Assembly: GCA_963832165.1 (NCBI GenBank)
Contig: CAWHTE010000003.1
Location: 64,001 to 128,000 of the forward strand
Direction: 5' to 3'
Origin: an uncultured delta proteobacterium
GTDB taxonomy: Bacteria; Myxococcota_A; UBA9160; SMWR01
DNA: 64,000 nt
Each line of letters starts with the position of its first letter. The first letter of the stretch is position 1. The translations under genes and the position numbers were made by a program. Positions 51,079-63,871 of this stretch are shown piece by piece. The notes beneath the pieces are model-generated. The model was not told the origin of the DNA and searched no databases. It worked only from the letters and a program-made list of their open reading frames with translations.

Positions 51079-51630
51079 CTAGGTATCGCCCGCAGTGATC
51101 TGCGCCTGGCCCTCGCGCATGCGCGAGCGCGACGCTTCGATCTCGTCGATCCCGAGCACCGTGATCGCGAAGCCGCGGTCCGTCCGCTCGACGAGCTTCT
51201 TCTCGCGCAGGTACCAGAGGTGGAAGGCGAGCAGCTCGCGCGGACACGCGAGCAGGCGCTCGAGCTGGACCTCGCCGATGCCGGGCTCGATCAGATCGCG
51301 GCGGCGCTGCGTGTAGAGCACCGACAGCAGGCGCTCGCGCACGACCTTGTCGTCGTCGCGGCGCTCGCAGCCGATCGCTTCGTCGAGCAGGCTGAGCCGA
51401 TCATCGACCGCGTCGGCGTAGAGCACGTCGTAGGCCGCGCGCTTCTCGGGATTCGAGAGTGTCTCGTGGGCCTCGGACAGCTCGTCGAACTTCCTGCGAT
51501 CGCCGGTCTCGGGATTATCGGGATGGAAGCGCTTGGCGAGGTGGCGATAGACACGGTTGATCGTGGTGGTCTCGGCGCGCGGGTTGACCTGGAGCACCTC
51601 GTAGTAGTCGACGAAGCCACCGTTGCTCAC
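51079..51630 (-). CDS. J-domain protein with C-terminal winged-helix-like domain
   Basis: DYYEVLQV...YRHLAKRFHPDN...KRAAYD; C-terminal FHLWYLREKKLVERTDRGFAITVLGID. Confidence 0.85.
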   Translation of the reverse strand: MSNGGFVDYYEVLQVNPRAETTTINRVYRHLAKRFHPDNPETGDRRKFDELSEAHETLSNPEKRAAYDVLYADAVDDRLSLLDEAIGCERRDDDKVVRERLLSVLYTQRRRDLIEPGIGEVQLERLLACPRELLAFHLWYLREKKLVERTDRGFAITVLGIDEIEASRSRMREGQAQITAGDT

Positions 51631-51712
51631 TGGTCCTCCCGCGTGGGTTCCGAACGCGTCCGGTTGCCGTATCGGAAGGACTCGCGCGGGTCCTGAGGGC
51701 GAGTTGCGGGGG

Positions 51713-53722
51713 CTAGACCCCCTTCCGCGGCGCGCGCTCGTCCCAGCGCCGCTCGAACACGCGCTGCTCCCCCTCGCTCGCCGCGAGCCGCGCCTCGACC
51801 CGGAACGCATCGCCGGTACAGGAGATCTCGACCCGGGTCTCGACCGCCACCGACCAGGCCCCGCGCCGCAGCTCGGTGCGCTGCTCGATCGCCGCGCGCG
51901 CGCCCAGCGGGTCTCCCGGGTGGATCCGGGTGGCGATCTCCATGCCGTCGCCGCCGTCCATGCCCACGGTCGCGTGGCGGCCTAGCACGACACGCCCCTG
52001 CGCGTCGTAGCCCGAGCGCATCACGCTCACGAGGTCGCCGCCGTTCGGCTCGAGGTCCGAGCGCTGCTCGAGGTGCGCCTGGCCGAGCGGGACCCAGGAA
52101 CTGTGCTCGGCGCGCTCGGGTGGCGCGAATGCGGGCAGGCCGGAGTCGCGCGGATCGGGCGGCCGGATCGGCACCACGAGCCGACATCCCTCGGTGTCGA
52201 TCTGCAGGGTTGCGGGCACGGGCGAGGGCCAGACCAGCGGCCAATACGAGTTGGCGATGGCGAGCCGCAGTCGGTGGCCGGGAATGAGCACGTACGCGGC
52301 GTCGTTCAGGCGGAACCGCACATCGATGCGCCGTCCCGGGGCGAGCGGCGCCCACGCGGCGTGGTCGGGCGTGTGCGTGAGGTTCCAGAGCCCGTAACAG
52401 ATACGCGTCGAGGACCCATCGGGTGCGACGTCGCACAGGCGCGCCACCACGAACGCAAGCGGTTGGTCCGACGCCACCACGAGCCGCAGCTCGGGCGCGC
52501 CCAGCAGCTCGGTGCGCTCGCGGAACGGCTCCGTGTCGAAGCACAGAGACTCCGCGTCGTCCTCGCGCTGATCGCGCGGCTCGGCCAGGAGCCACCCGCC
52601 CGCCGCGCGGCCGGAGGTCTCCACCGTTCGGATCTCGAGCCGGGCGGGGGCGCCCGCGGCGCCGAGACGGCCGCGCGAGAGGTGGAACGCGCGCGGCTCG
52701 ATCCGCGCGGACGGCCAGCCCGCTTCGGCGATCCAGCGGCCAGGGCGCTCGTCCGTTTGGGCGCCCCCGAGCGCGGCCTCGGGCATCCAGACGCGATAGG
52801 CCGGTCGCGCGGCCGCGGGCGCGCCACGCAGGCAGTGATTCCACCAGTCGAGCACGTCCTGGAGGAAGCCGATCGCGGGTCCGGGCGTGCCCTCGTGCGG
52901 ATAGACGTGGCCCCAGGGCCCGACCAGGCCGCAGCGCGGTGCCGTCAGGCCCTCGACGAGCCGCGGAATCGCGTTGCTGTAGCCGTCGGCCCAGCCGCCC
53001 ACCGCGTACACGGGGCACGCGATCGAGGCGTAGTCCTCGCACACCGAGCCCTGGCGCCAGTAGTCGTCGCGCAGCGGGTGCTGCAGCCAGCGCAACGGAT
53101 GCGGGTAGGCGGCTTCGAGGCGCTCGTGCCAGAGCGAGCGCCAGCTCGCGCCCACGAGCTCGGGGTCGGGCGGCTGCGCGCAGAGCTGAAAGAACACGCC
53201 TCCCCACCACAGGTTGTCGTTCAACAGACAGCCGCCCATGTAATGCACGTCGTCCGCATAACGGTCGTCCGTGGAGCACACGCTCACGATCCCGCGCAGC
53301 GCGGGCGGGCGGCGCGCCGCGATCTGGAGCGCATTGAAGCCGCCCCACGATTTGCCGATCAGCCCGACCGCACCGGTGCACCACGGCTGCGCGGCTGCCC
53401 ACGCGATCACGTCCAGGCCGTCTTCCTGCTCCTGCGGCAGATACTCGTCGAGCAGCACGCCATCGCTCTCTCCGGATCCGCGCAGGTCGACGCGCAGTGC
53501 GGCGAGACCGTGGCCCGCGAACCAGGCGTGCATCGCTTCGTCGCGCTCGCGCGTACCGACGCGCTTCCCATACGGGATGTATTCGACCACCGCGGGCGAA
53601 CGCGCGGCGCCCTCGGGCAGCCAGATCCGCGCGGCGAGGCGACTGCCGTCGCGCAGCGGGATCCACGTGTGCTCGATCTCGCGCACGGCGTGCGGAAAGC
53701 TCGCGACGACGGTCGCGCCCAT
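51713..53722 (-). CDS. CocE/NonD family hydrolase
   Basis: LAARIWLP, EYIPY, RVDLRGSGESDG, GKSWGG, GGWADGY, GPWGH. Confidence 0.9.
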   Translation of the reverse strand: MGATVVASFPHAVREIEHTWIPLRDGSRLAARIWLPEGAARSPAVVEYIPYGKRVGTRERDEAMHAWFAGHGLAALRVDLRGSGESDGVLLDEYLPQEQEDGLDVIAWAAAQPWCTGAVGLIGKSWGGFNALQIAARRPPALRGIVSVCSTDDRYADDVHYMGGCLLNDNLWWGGVFFQLCAQPPDPELVGASWRSLWHERLEAAYPHPLRWLQHPLRDDYWRQGSVCEDYASIACPVYAVGGWADGYSNAIPRLVEGLTAPRCGLVGPWGHVYPHEGTPGPAIGFLQDVLDWWNHCLRGAPAAARPAYRVWMPEAALGGAQTDERPGRWIAEAGWPSARIEPRAFHLSRGRLGAAGAPARLEIRTVETSGRAAGGWLLAEPRDQREDDAESLCFDTEPFRERTELLGAPELRLVVASDQPLAFVVARLCDVAPDGSSTRICYGLWNLTHTPDHAAWAPLAPGRRIDVRFRLNDAAYVLIPGHRLRLAIANSYWPLVWPSPVPATLQIDTEGCRLVVPIRPPDPRDSGLPAFAPPERAEHSSWVPLGQAHLEQRSDLEPNGGDLVSVMRSGYDAQGRVVLGRHATVGMDGGDGMEIATRIHPGDPLGARAAIEQRTELRRGAWSVAVETRVEISCTGDAFRVEARLAASEGEQRVFERRWDERAPRKGV

Positions 53723-54909
53723 CAACGCCGGCGGAACAGCGCGATCGCGCCGCGGCCATAGCCCGCGACGTAGACGTGCGCTCCGTCGGGAGAGACGCCC
53801 ACGGCGCACGCCTCGACGATGTCCGCGGTGCCGGCATCGTGATGGACCGGGACGGGTCGTAGGCCACCGCTGGTCACGTCGAATGCGACGAGCGAGCCGG
53901 GATCGGCCGCCGCCGCGTAGACCTCGCGTCCGCTCGGAGCGAACGCGAGCCCGAGCGGGCGGCGCAGGCGCCCGGGCGCGTCGACGCCCGCGTGTGCGGT
54001 CGCGAGTCGCTGCAGTGCGCCCGTGTCCGGATCGCGCGCAAACAGCTCGATCGCATCCTCGCCGTAGCCCGCCGCGACCACGCTGCGCCCGTCGGGGCTC
54101 ACGACGACGCTCGCCGCGTTCGTGAGCGCGTGGGCCGGGTCGTCCGCGTCGCGCACGGTGGCGGTGCGCGCGAGCCGGCCGTTGGCCGGGTCGCGTTCGT
54201 AGACCGCGAGCGCGGAGGCATCGAAGCCCGACGCATAGAGGTGTCGCGCGTCGGGTGAGATCGCGATCGAGGTCGGGCCAAAGCCCGGCTCGCGCTGGGT
54301 CTCGACGAAGCGCAGCCTGCCGGTCTTCGCGTCGCGCGCGAATACGACCAGCGAGTCGTCCTCGCGACCCGCGACGTACACCGACTTGCCGTCGGAGCTC
54401 ACGGCGACCGACACCGCGCCGCCGAGTCCGCGCACACCCGCGACGCGGTCGTGGATCACGGCCGCGAAGCGCAGCTTGCCCGTCTTGGTGTCGCGCGCGA
54501 ACACCGCGAGCGCGTCGGCGTCGAAGCCCGCGACGTAGAGGTGCGCCCCGTCCGGGGACAGCGCGAGGTCGCCGGGCTGGTCGAGTCCGTCCACGCCTCG
54601 CACGCCGTCGCGCATCACGCCGGCGGGGTGCAGTGCACCGCTGTCGGCGTCGCGCGCGAAGATCGCCACGGCGTTGGAGCCGCTGCCCGCGACATAGAGC
54701 TGTGTGCCGTCGGGCGAGAAGGCGATCGCGACCGGCTCGTCGATCCCGGTTACACCGCCGACCCCGTCGCGCACGGCGTCGGTGTACACGAGCGGCCCGC
54801 TCGCCCCGGCGCATGCGCTCGCGAGTGCCGCGGCGAACAGCGCGGCGGCCGTCGCGAGCGCGCGGCGCTGGCGCGACTCGCCTGGGCGGATGGGCTTTAC
54901 GAGCGGCAG
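53722..54909 (-). CDS. Lactonase-family beta-propeller lipoprotein (start uncertain, possibly CTG at 54909)
   Basis: About 7 repeats of SPDG.HLYVAG...LAVFARD; signal and LASAC lipobox lie in frame upstream of the called GTG; GGAGG 8 nt before CTG. Confidence 0.8.
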   Translation of the reverse strand: MPLVKPIRPGESRQRRALATAAALFAAALASACAGASGPLVYTDAVRDGVGGVTGIDEPVAIAFSPDGTQLYVAGSGSNAVAIFARDADSGALHPAGVMRDGVRGVDGLDQPGDLALSPDGAHLYVAGFDADALAVFARDTKTGKLRFAAVIHDRVAGVRGLGGAVSVAVSSDGKSVYVAGREDDSLVVFARDAKTGRLRFVETQREPGFGPTSIAISPDARHLYASGFDASALAVYERDPANGRLARTATVRDADDPAHALTNAASVVVSPDGRSVVAAGYGEDAIELFARDPDTGALQRLATAHAGVDAPGRLRRPLGLAFAPSGREVYAAAADPGSLVAFDVTSGGLRPVPVHHDAGTADIVEACAVGVSPDGAHVYVAGYGRGAIALFRRR

Positions 54910-54963
54910 GGACCCAACCTCCGCGGATCGCGCGTGGGCCCGAACTCTATCCCATGCAGGCGG

Positions 54964-56511
54964 CTACTCGTCGTCCTCGTCTTCGTCGCCCGTATCGATC
55001 GGATCGCACGGCCAGTGCGCGCCGAAGCGCGCGCGGAACACGGGCTGGGCGAGCATCAAGTGGCCGCGCTCGTCGGGCTCGGCGAGCCGAGCGCGATCGC
55101 CCTCCCAGACCACTGCGCCCAGCACGATCGCGGACATCTCCGCAGCGGCGTCGAACACGCGCCGCTCTTCGCCCTCGCCCACGGCGATGCGGCCGTGCTC
55201 CACGACCTCGCGCACGAACGCGAGTGCATCGCGCAGCGTTTCTTGCGCGACCGCGGGCGAGCTCTCCGAGATTCGCCACATGCCCTCGTGATCGACTCCA
55301 CGGTAGAGCGCGCGCCCGACTGCGGGGTCGTCGCGGTTCGACTCGTCCGGATCGGGCGCGATGGCCAGGCACAGCGTCGAACCGTCGGGCAGACCCACGA
55401 TCGCGCCCATGGCGTCGCGCACCGACCACCAGGTGAACCAGCCCCCCGTGTTGGGCGGCGGCCCGATCGCCACCGACCCATCGCCGCGCGCGACCACGGC
55501 GTATTCCGGGGTGGACGGCGGAGGTGTCCAGGAGCCGTTCGGCGTCACCCGCAGCTCGTAGCGCGGCGACGAGTCGGCCGTGAGCCCCGCCATCCAGTAG
55601 AGCAGGTACGCAGCGGCCCGCGGAAGTGCGACCTCGCCGCCCGCGAGCGGTGCCGGCGCGTCGCCCGTCCACGCGTCGAGCACGGAGACGAGCTCGCTCG
55701 CTACCGGGATCTCCTGCTGGGGCTTGGGGCGCCGGAGGAGCCGGTCGAGGAAAGCCTCGAGATCGGGATCGGGCACGGCCGCCGGCAGGCCGAGCGGGAA
55801 TTGCTCGGGGACCCGATTGCCTTCCTCGTAGCTGTACCAGCCGCCGTCGCACCTATCGGGCAGCTCTCCGTCGAGCCGCGTGACGTGCACGAGCATCCCG
55901 ATCGCGCTCGCGGACGAGAGATCGATTTCGAGCTCTCCGTTATCGCGGCTCGCCGCGACGTCGCTCCAGAGCTCTTCGTAGCCCGGATCGTCCTCGCCCG
56001 AGTACTCGAGCATCTTCGCGAGCCAGACGGGGAACGCGCGGCCCGGATGGCAGCGGCGGAAGAACGCTCCGGGGGCCTCGCCGCACTCGGAGAGCACGTT
56101 GCGTCCGTTCATCGATCCGGCGTGCGCGTAGAGGTCGACGCGCCAGCTCCCCGGCGCGGCCTGGACCACCGCGACGCCGTGGCCATCCTCGTCCCGGCCG
56201 TGCTCTTCCTTCCAGGTCGAGAGCACCCAGGGATCGAAGCCGCCCATCACGAGCAGGCGGCCGTCGGGCGTGTCGATCCGCGCCGAGGTGCACGCGAGCC
56301 ACTGCGCCTGCTCTTCGGCCGTGAGCGGCTCGTCCACGACGATCCGCACGGGCATCGCGTCGTCGCCGTAGAGCATCTGGAGCAGTACCTGGTGCGCGGC
56401 CGCGAACTGGACGTCGTCGCTGCGGTCGTCGGCGATGATCGCGTCCGCCGCGGAAGCGGCGATCACACTGAAGCCGCCCGAATCGTTGTCGATGTAGACG
56501 TCGCGCCGCAT
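54964..56511 (-). CDS. Hypothetical acidic protein (515 aa)
   Basis: Long ORF with natural composition, GGAGG upstream, same strand as neighbours; no recognisable motif. Confidence 0.7.
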   Translation of the reverse strand: MRRDVYIDNDSGGFSVIAASAADAIIADDRSDDVQFAAAHQVLLQMLYGDDAMPVRIVVDEPLTAEEQAQWLACTSARIDTPDGRLLVMGGFDPWVLSTWKEEHGRDEDGHGVAVVQAAPGSWRVDLYAHAGSMNGRNVLSECGEAPGAFFRRCHPGRAFPVWLAKMLEYSGEDDPGYEELWSDVAASRDNGELEIDLSSASAIGMLVHVTRLDGELPDRCDGGWYSYEEGNRVPEQFPLGLPAAVPDPDLEAFLDRLLRRPKPQQEIPVASELVSVLDAWTGDAPAPLAGGEVALPRAAAYLLYWMAGLTADSSPRYELRVTPNGSWTPPPSTPEYAVVARGDGSVAIGPPPNTGGWFTWWSVRDAMGAIVGLPDGSTLCLAIAPDPDESNRDDPAVGRALYRGVDHEGMWRISESSPAVAQETLRDALAFVREVVEHGRIAVGEGEERRVFDAAAEMSAIVLGAVVWEGDRARLAEPDERGHLMLAQPVFRARFGAHWPCDPIDTGDEDEDDE

Positions 56512-56541
56512 CGCCCACCCCCCTCCGTTGGCTGGCGCCCT

Positions 56542-59169
56542 CTATTTCGACACGCGAGGCGCCTCACTGGAGCCCGCGAGCAGCAGGGCCGCCGCGGGCA
56601 GCAGGAACGGCCGCACGATCAGCGTGTCGATCAGCACGCCGATCGTGACGCCGATCCCGACCTGCTCGAGGAACGCGATCCGCGAGAGCAGGAGCGTGGC
56701 GAACGTTCCCGCGAGCACGATGCCGCACGAGGTCACCACGGGGCCCGTGGCTTCGAGCGCGCGCGCGATCGCGGCGTCGAAGGGCAGGGCGCGCGCCTCC
56801 TCGCGCGCGCGCCCGAGCACGAACACGCCGTAGTCGGCGCCGATCGCCACGAGCAGCACGAACAGGAAGAACGGCGCCTTCCAGTCGACGCCCGGCCACG
56901 CGCCGAGCTCGACCAGCAGCTGGAGGCCGCCCAACGCGGCGAAGTACGAGGCCAGGATGAACGCCGTGACGCACAGCGGTGCGACCACGCCGCGCAGCAG
57001 CGCGACGAGCAGTGCGAACACGCCGACGAGGATCCAGATCTCGAGGCGCTCCTGATCGGCGCGCGTGAGCGCGGCGAGCTCCGCGGTGATCGCGCTCGCG
57101 CCGCCGAGCCAGACGGCCGCGTCGCGTATGCCGAAGCCGGCGAGCCACACCGGGATCCGCTCGCGCAGCTGGTCGCATAGCGCGACCGCCGCGGGCGAGT
57201 TGGGCGCCGCCGCGAGGCGCAGCTCGAACAACGCCGCGTGGCCGTCGCGCGTCACGTAGTGATCGAGCGCGCGCGCGAGATCGGGCACCGCGCGGACGTC
57301 CGAGGACGTCAGCGCGAGATGATCGAGCAGACGCGCGGATCCGGGCTCGCCGTGCAGCACCTCGAGTCGGTCGGCGCCCAGTGCGACGCCGTCGGCGAGC
57401 TGGCTCGCGCCGCGCGCGGCGCGGCCGAGCCCGGTCTCGAGCGTGCCGAGCTTCTCGCCCGTGGTCTCGAGATCCCGATCCGCGGCGTCGAAGCGCCCCG
57501 GCGCGAGCGCGGCCAGCAGCGAGCTCTTGCGCTCCGAGGCGAGCTCTTCGCGCTTGGCCGCGAGGTCCGACCGTCCCGAGCCCACCTGGCTCTCGGCGTC
57601 TCCGAGGCCCGACGCGAGCTCGCGCGCTCCCGCGCTCGCGCGCCCGAGACCCGATCGCAACGCGTCGAGCTGGCTCGCGAGCGTTCCGCGCGCGAGCAGC
57701 GCGGGGTCTCCGGTCGGCTGCGTCGCGCTCCAGACCGCTGCCACGCCGGGCTCGGCCGCGAGCGTGCGCGACAGCTGATAGATCGCGTCGAGCCCGTCGA
57801 CCGCGCGCAGCGAGCGCACATCCCGATGGTCTTCGCTCGCTTGCAGCTCGCTGCGCGAAACTTGCGCGTCGGGCATCGCGATCACGGCGACGAGCGGCGA
57901 GACCGCGGCCGGGTCGAAGTGGCGCGTGAGCGCCTGCCAGCCGCGCTCGGACGCGCTGCCGTCGGGGAAGTCGAGCTCGAGCTCGAAGGAGGGCGACAGG
58001 CGCAGCCCGATCCACACGAGCGGCGCAATCGGGATCGCGAACGCGACGAGCACGGCCATGGGGCTCTTCACGACGAGGCGCGCGATCGCGGCCCAGATCC
58101 GGCGCGTCGGCTCCTGCGCGCCCGGAGCGCCGGGCCAGAACAGCGCCGCGCGCGCGTGCCGGAACAGCTCGGGCGCGAGCGTGAGGATCGCCGCGAGCGC
58201 CACCACCGCGCTGATCGCGAGCGCGGGCCCCGAGTTGCGGAACAGGCCGAAGCGCGCGAGCGCCATCAGCGCGCAGGCCACCGCCACCGCGGCGGCGCTC
58301 GTCGCGATCACGGGCGTCGTGCTGCGCAGCGCGGTGCCGATCGGGTCCGCGCTCGCGGGATCGCGGGCCGCTTCTCGCACGCGCGCGAACAGGAGCAGGC
58401 AGTAGTCGGTGCCGATGCCGAACAAGAGCGCCACGAGGAATCCGCGCGTCTGATAGGCGACCGGCATGCCGAGCTCGGCCGCGAGCGTGACCGCGCCGAA
58501 CGCGACCCCGAGTGCGACTCCGAGCACGACCAGCGAGACGAGCGCGGCGAGCGGCGCGCGGTAGACCGCGAGCAGCGTGATCGCCACGAGCGCCACCGTG
58601 GCGATTCCTGCGCGCTGCCCGCCTTCCTCGATCGCAGCCAGATAGTCGCGCCCGAGCGTCGCCTCGCCCGACAGCGACGCGCGCAGCCCACGGTCGCTGC
58701 CGATCTCCTCCGCGAGGATGCGCTCGACGTCCGCAACGACCGCGCTCGCGCGCTCGGACGCAAAGCCGAGCGACAGCCGCACCACGACGAGCGCCGCGCG
58801 CCCATTCGCGGCGACGAGCCGGTCCGCGAGCACGGGGTCGTCGGTGGGCGAGAGCACCGCCGAGAGCGTGTCGGCGGGCAGCTCCGCGCGCAGGCGATCG
58901 GCCAGCTTGCGGATGCGATCCTGAGCGGCGGGGTAGACGGACGCCGCCGGGTCGGGCGACTCGGCTTCGACCACCACCACGACCTGGCTCGGTGCGCGTG
59001 CAGCGGGGAAGCGCTCCGCGAGCGCCGCGTCGGCGCGGCGCGTGAGCGAGTCGCGCGGAAAGAACTCGAGCGGATCCGTGACGGCGACCGACGCGAGCCG
59101 CGGCGCGATCGCGATGCCGCCCGCGAGCGCGGCGAGCCAGAGCACCGGGATGAGAATCGCGCGCCGCAA
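56542..59169 (-). CDS. MMPL family (RND) transporter
   Basis: LLFGIGTDYCLLL..R..E and LVAIGADYGVF..GR..EE, TGPVVTSCG.VLAGTF, GVLIDTLIVR; coiled-coil insert. Confidence 0.9.
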   Translation of the reverse strand: MRRAILIPVLWLAALAGGIAIAPRLASVAVTDPLEFFPRDSLTRRADAALAERFPAARAPSQVVVVVEAESPDPAASVYPAAQDRIRKLADRLRAELPADTLSAVLSPTDDPVLADRLVAANGRAALVVVRLSLGFASERASAVVADVERILAEEIGSDRGLRASLSGEATLGRDYLAAIEEGGQRAGIATVALVAITLLAVYRAPLAALVSLVVLGVALGVAFGAVTLAAELGMPVAYQTRGFLVALLFGIGTDYCLLLFARVREAARDPASADPIGTALRSTTPVIATSAAAVAVACALMALARFGLFRNSGPALAISAVVALAAILTLAPELFRHARAALFWPGAPGAQEPTRRIWAAIARLVVKSPMAVLVAFAIPIAPLVWIGLRLSPSFELELDFPDGSASERGWQALTRHFDPAAVSPLVAVIAMPDAQVSRSELQASEDHRDVRSLRAVDGLDAIYQLSRTLAAEPGVAAVWSATQPTGDPALLARGTLASQLDALRSGLGRASAGARELASGLGDAESQVGSGRSDLAAKREELASERKSSLLAALAPGRFDAADRDLETTGEKLGTLETGLGRAARGASQLADGVALGADRLEVLHGEPGSARLLDHLALTSSDVRAVPDLARALDHYVTRDGHAALFELRLAAAPNSPAAVALCDQLRERIPVWLAGFGIRDAAVWLGGASAITAELAALTRADQERLEIWILVGVFALLVALLRGVVAPLCVTAFILASYFAALGGLQLLVELGAWPGVDWKAPFFLFVLLVAIGADYGVFVLGRAREEARALPFDAAIARALEATGPVVTSCGIVLAGTFATLLLSRIAFLEQVGIGVTIGVLIDTLIVRPFLLPAAALLLAGSSEAPRVSK
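57804..57865 (-). repeat. GNA mini-hairpin dispersed repeat, copy 3, in frame inside the MMPL gene
   Basis: TGGTCTTCGCTCG-CTTGCAG-CTCGCTGCGCGAAACTTGC (57827-57865) plus inverted half CGCGCAGCGAGC (57804-57815); encodes QVSRSELQASEDH. Confidence 0.75.
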
Positions 59170-59193
59170 CGCGCTCAGCTTATCGATTCGATC

Positions 59194-61784
<2,591 letters not shown>

Positions 61785-61830
61785 GCCCGGCATGCATAGG
61801 CACGGATTCGGGCGCTACAACTTGTCCCCC

Positions 61831-62904
61831 ATGCCGGCCCTGAGCGTTCTGCAGTACCAGCTCCGCAAGGCGATCCAGGACGCGCTGCGGCGGGCCGGAT
61901 ACAACCTCCACCGCCTCACGCCGCTCGAGCGCCGTTTCTTCGAGCAGATCGAGCGGCAGAAGCGCGAGACGAGCGTCGAGAGCGTGTTCGGAGACGCACT
62001 GCCGCGCCTGCCCGAGCTGCGGCGCCGCTATGCCGCGGTGAGGCTTCCGGTCGCAACCCATTCGATCTGGGGAGGGTCCGGGAAGGAGTCCACCTCGGGC
62101 AACGACGTGGGCTGGGGCTGGGGCGGCGTGGATCTGCGCAATTTCCGCGGCGGCAGCGCCTACGTGTTCGACTACCTGGGATCGGCCCCCGAGGTGGGCC
62201 TGCTCCGCTACCACCTCTACGCGGAGTCCCTGCGGGCGCGCGATCCGGGAGGGCTTCTGTCGCGGCTCTCCGAGGACGGCGCGTTCGGCTGCTTCACCTA
62301 CGACCATCCGACCGTCGGGTGCGTGAGCCGCGACCTGCTCGATTCCGTGCTGGAGCTGAACTTCCTGCACCGGCACCTCGGGCTGCTCGACCGCACCGAT
62401 CTGCGCATCCTCGACGTCGGCGCCGGATACGGCCGCATGGCGCACCGCACGCTCGAAGCGAATCCGGGCGTCCGCTCGTATACCTGCGTCGATGCGGTAC
62501 CCGAGTCGACGTTCCTGTGCGAGTTCTACATGCGCCACCGCGGACTCTCGGAACGCGTCGAGGTGGTCCCGCTCGATGAGCTCGAGACCCGGTTCGACGG
62601 GCGGCGGTTCGACCTCGCCTTCAACATCCACAGCTTCTCGGAGTGCACCTACGTCGCGATCGAGTGGTGGCTGCGGAAGCTGTGCGCGCTGGGCGTGCGC
62701 CACCTGTTCATCGTTCCGAACGACGCGACGCGCTTCCTGTCGATGGAGCCCGATCGCTCGAACCGCGACTACGCGCCGCTGCTCGCGGAGCTCGGCTTCC
62801 GCGAGGTCGCGTGCGAGCCCGTCTTCCCGGAGCCCGCCGTGCAGGAGCTCATGAGCGTGCGCGACAACCTGTACCTGTTCGAGCGCGCCGAGACCGCGAC
62901 CTAG
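61831..62904 (+). CDS. Putative sugar O-methyltransferase (class I SAM)
   Basis: SRDLLDSVLE, ILDVGAGYGRMA, CVDAVPES, NIHSFSEC. Confidence 0.75.
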   Translation: MPALSVLQYQLRKAIQDALRRAGYNLHRLTPLERRFFEQIERQKRETSVESVFGDALPRLPELRRRYAAVRLPVATHSIWGGSGKESTSGNDVGWGWGGVDLRNFRGGSAYVFDYLGSAPEVGLLRYHLYAESLRARDPGGLLSRLSEDGAFGCFTYDHPTVGCVSRDLLDSVLELNFLHRHLGLLDRTDLRILDVGAGYGRMAHRTLEANPGVRSYTCVDAVPESTFLCEFYMRHRGLSERVEVVPLDELETRFDGRRFDLAFNIHSFSECTYVAIEWWLRKLCALGVRHLFIVPNDATRFLSMEPDRSNRDYAPLLAELGFREVACEPVFPEPAVQELMSVRDNLYLFERAETAT

Positions 62905-62907
62905 CTG

Positions 62908-63633
62908 TTAGTGGCGGCGCCGCCAGGCCAGGATCGCCATGCCGCCCGCGACCAGCAGGGACGTCGAGGGCTCCGGCACGGCCTGGCCGACTGCGCGAGC
63001 TCCGATCGTGAACGCGTAGTAGTGCTCGTAGTTCGGGTTGGTCCAGGTGATCTGCGTGTAGGTGCCCGGGAACAGCACCACGCCGTTGCCCTCGTTTCCG
63101 CAGACGGCTCCCGCCGGACAGGTCGAGAGGGGCGGTCCACCGCCGGTGGTGTACAGGCCCGTGCCGCCGTACCCGTCGCTCGAACCGCCGGTGCCCTGGA
63201 TCGCAAACGGCTCGTCTCCGAACAGGAACACCGCATTGAATGTGGGGTTCCCGAGGCTGTAGATCGCGATCACGGGATCGATGACCGGAGCGCTGAACGT
63301 GATCGTGCTGGTCGGGGAGAGGATCAGGTTGCCGCCCTGGAGTCGGATCGCGTCGCGCGGATTTGCGCCCGAGTTCGGAGGCGCGTTGTCCACGATGCCG
63401 CCGGTCCAGGTCGCGCCGGGCGACCAGGGATCGTCGACGAATCCCTGCATCTCGCCCGTGTAGGTCACGTTGACGCCGAGCCCCCCGATCGTGCCGTTCG
63501 CGGCTCCGTCTTCGCCCTGACCCACCGTTCCGCCCAGCCACGTCGTCCACGAGATCGTCGCCGCGAGTGCCGTCGACGGGACGAGGACCGCGATCGCACC
63601 TACGAGTGCCCACCACTTGTGCTTCAACAACAT
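62908..63633 (-). CDS. PEP-CTERM sorting domain protein
   Basis: Signal peptide; Gly/Thr-rich; VPEPSTSLLVAGGMAILAWRRRH. Confidence 0.9.
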   Translation of the reverse strand: MLLKHKWWALVGAIAVLVPSTALAATISWTTWLGGTVGQGEDGAANGTIGGLGVNVTYTGEMQGFVDDPWSPGATWTGGIVDNAPPNSGANPRDAIRLQGGNLILSPTSTITFSAPVIDPVIAIYSLGNPTFNAVFLFGDEPFAIQGTGGSSDGYGGTGLYTTGGGPPLSTCPAGAVCGNEGNGVVLFPGTYTQITWTNPNYEHYYAFTIGARAVGQAVPEPSTSLLVAGGMAILAWRRRH

Positions 63634-63871
63634 CTGCCGTCTCCGAATCAATCGAGCGTTAGAGGCTCCACCGGAGCGCGCACTGCCGGCCTCTCGACGA
63701 GCCAGCGAGGCGTCTGGGCTGCAAAAATTGCAGCTGCACGGGCAACGAGGCTGCGCCGTTCACCAGGTGCATCGACAGCATGAGCTCCAGTCCCCAGGAG
63801 TCGCCATGATGCGCAGCGCGAAGTGACGAGATCAAGAAGATTTGGGCTTTCCGACGGAAAATAAGCCAGCG

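Noticed and set aside
53722..54789. Periodic nucleotide similarity suggesting a tandem repeat or CRISPR array
   Set aside because: Explained by beta-propeller blade repeats in the protein; no identical direct repeats with unique spacers.
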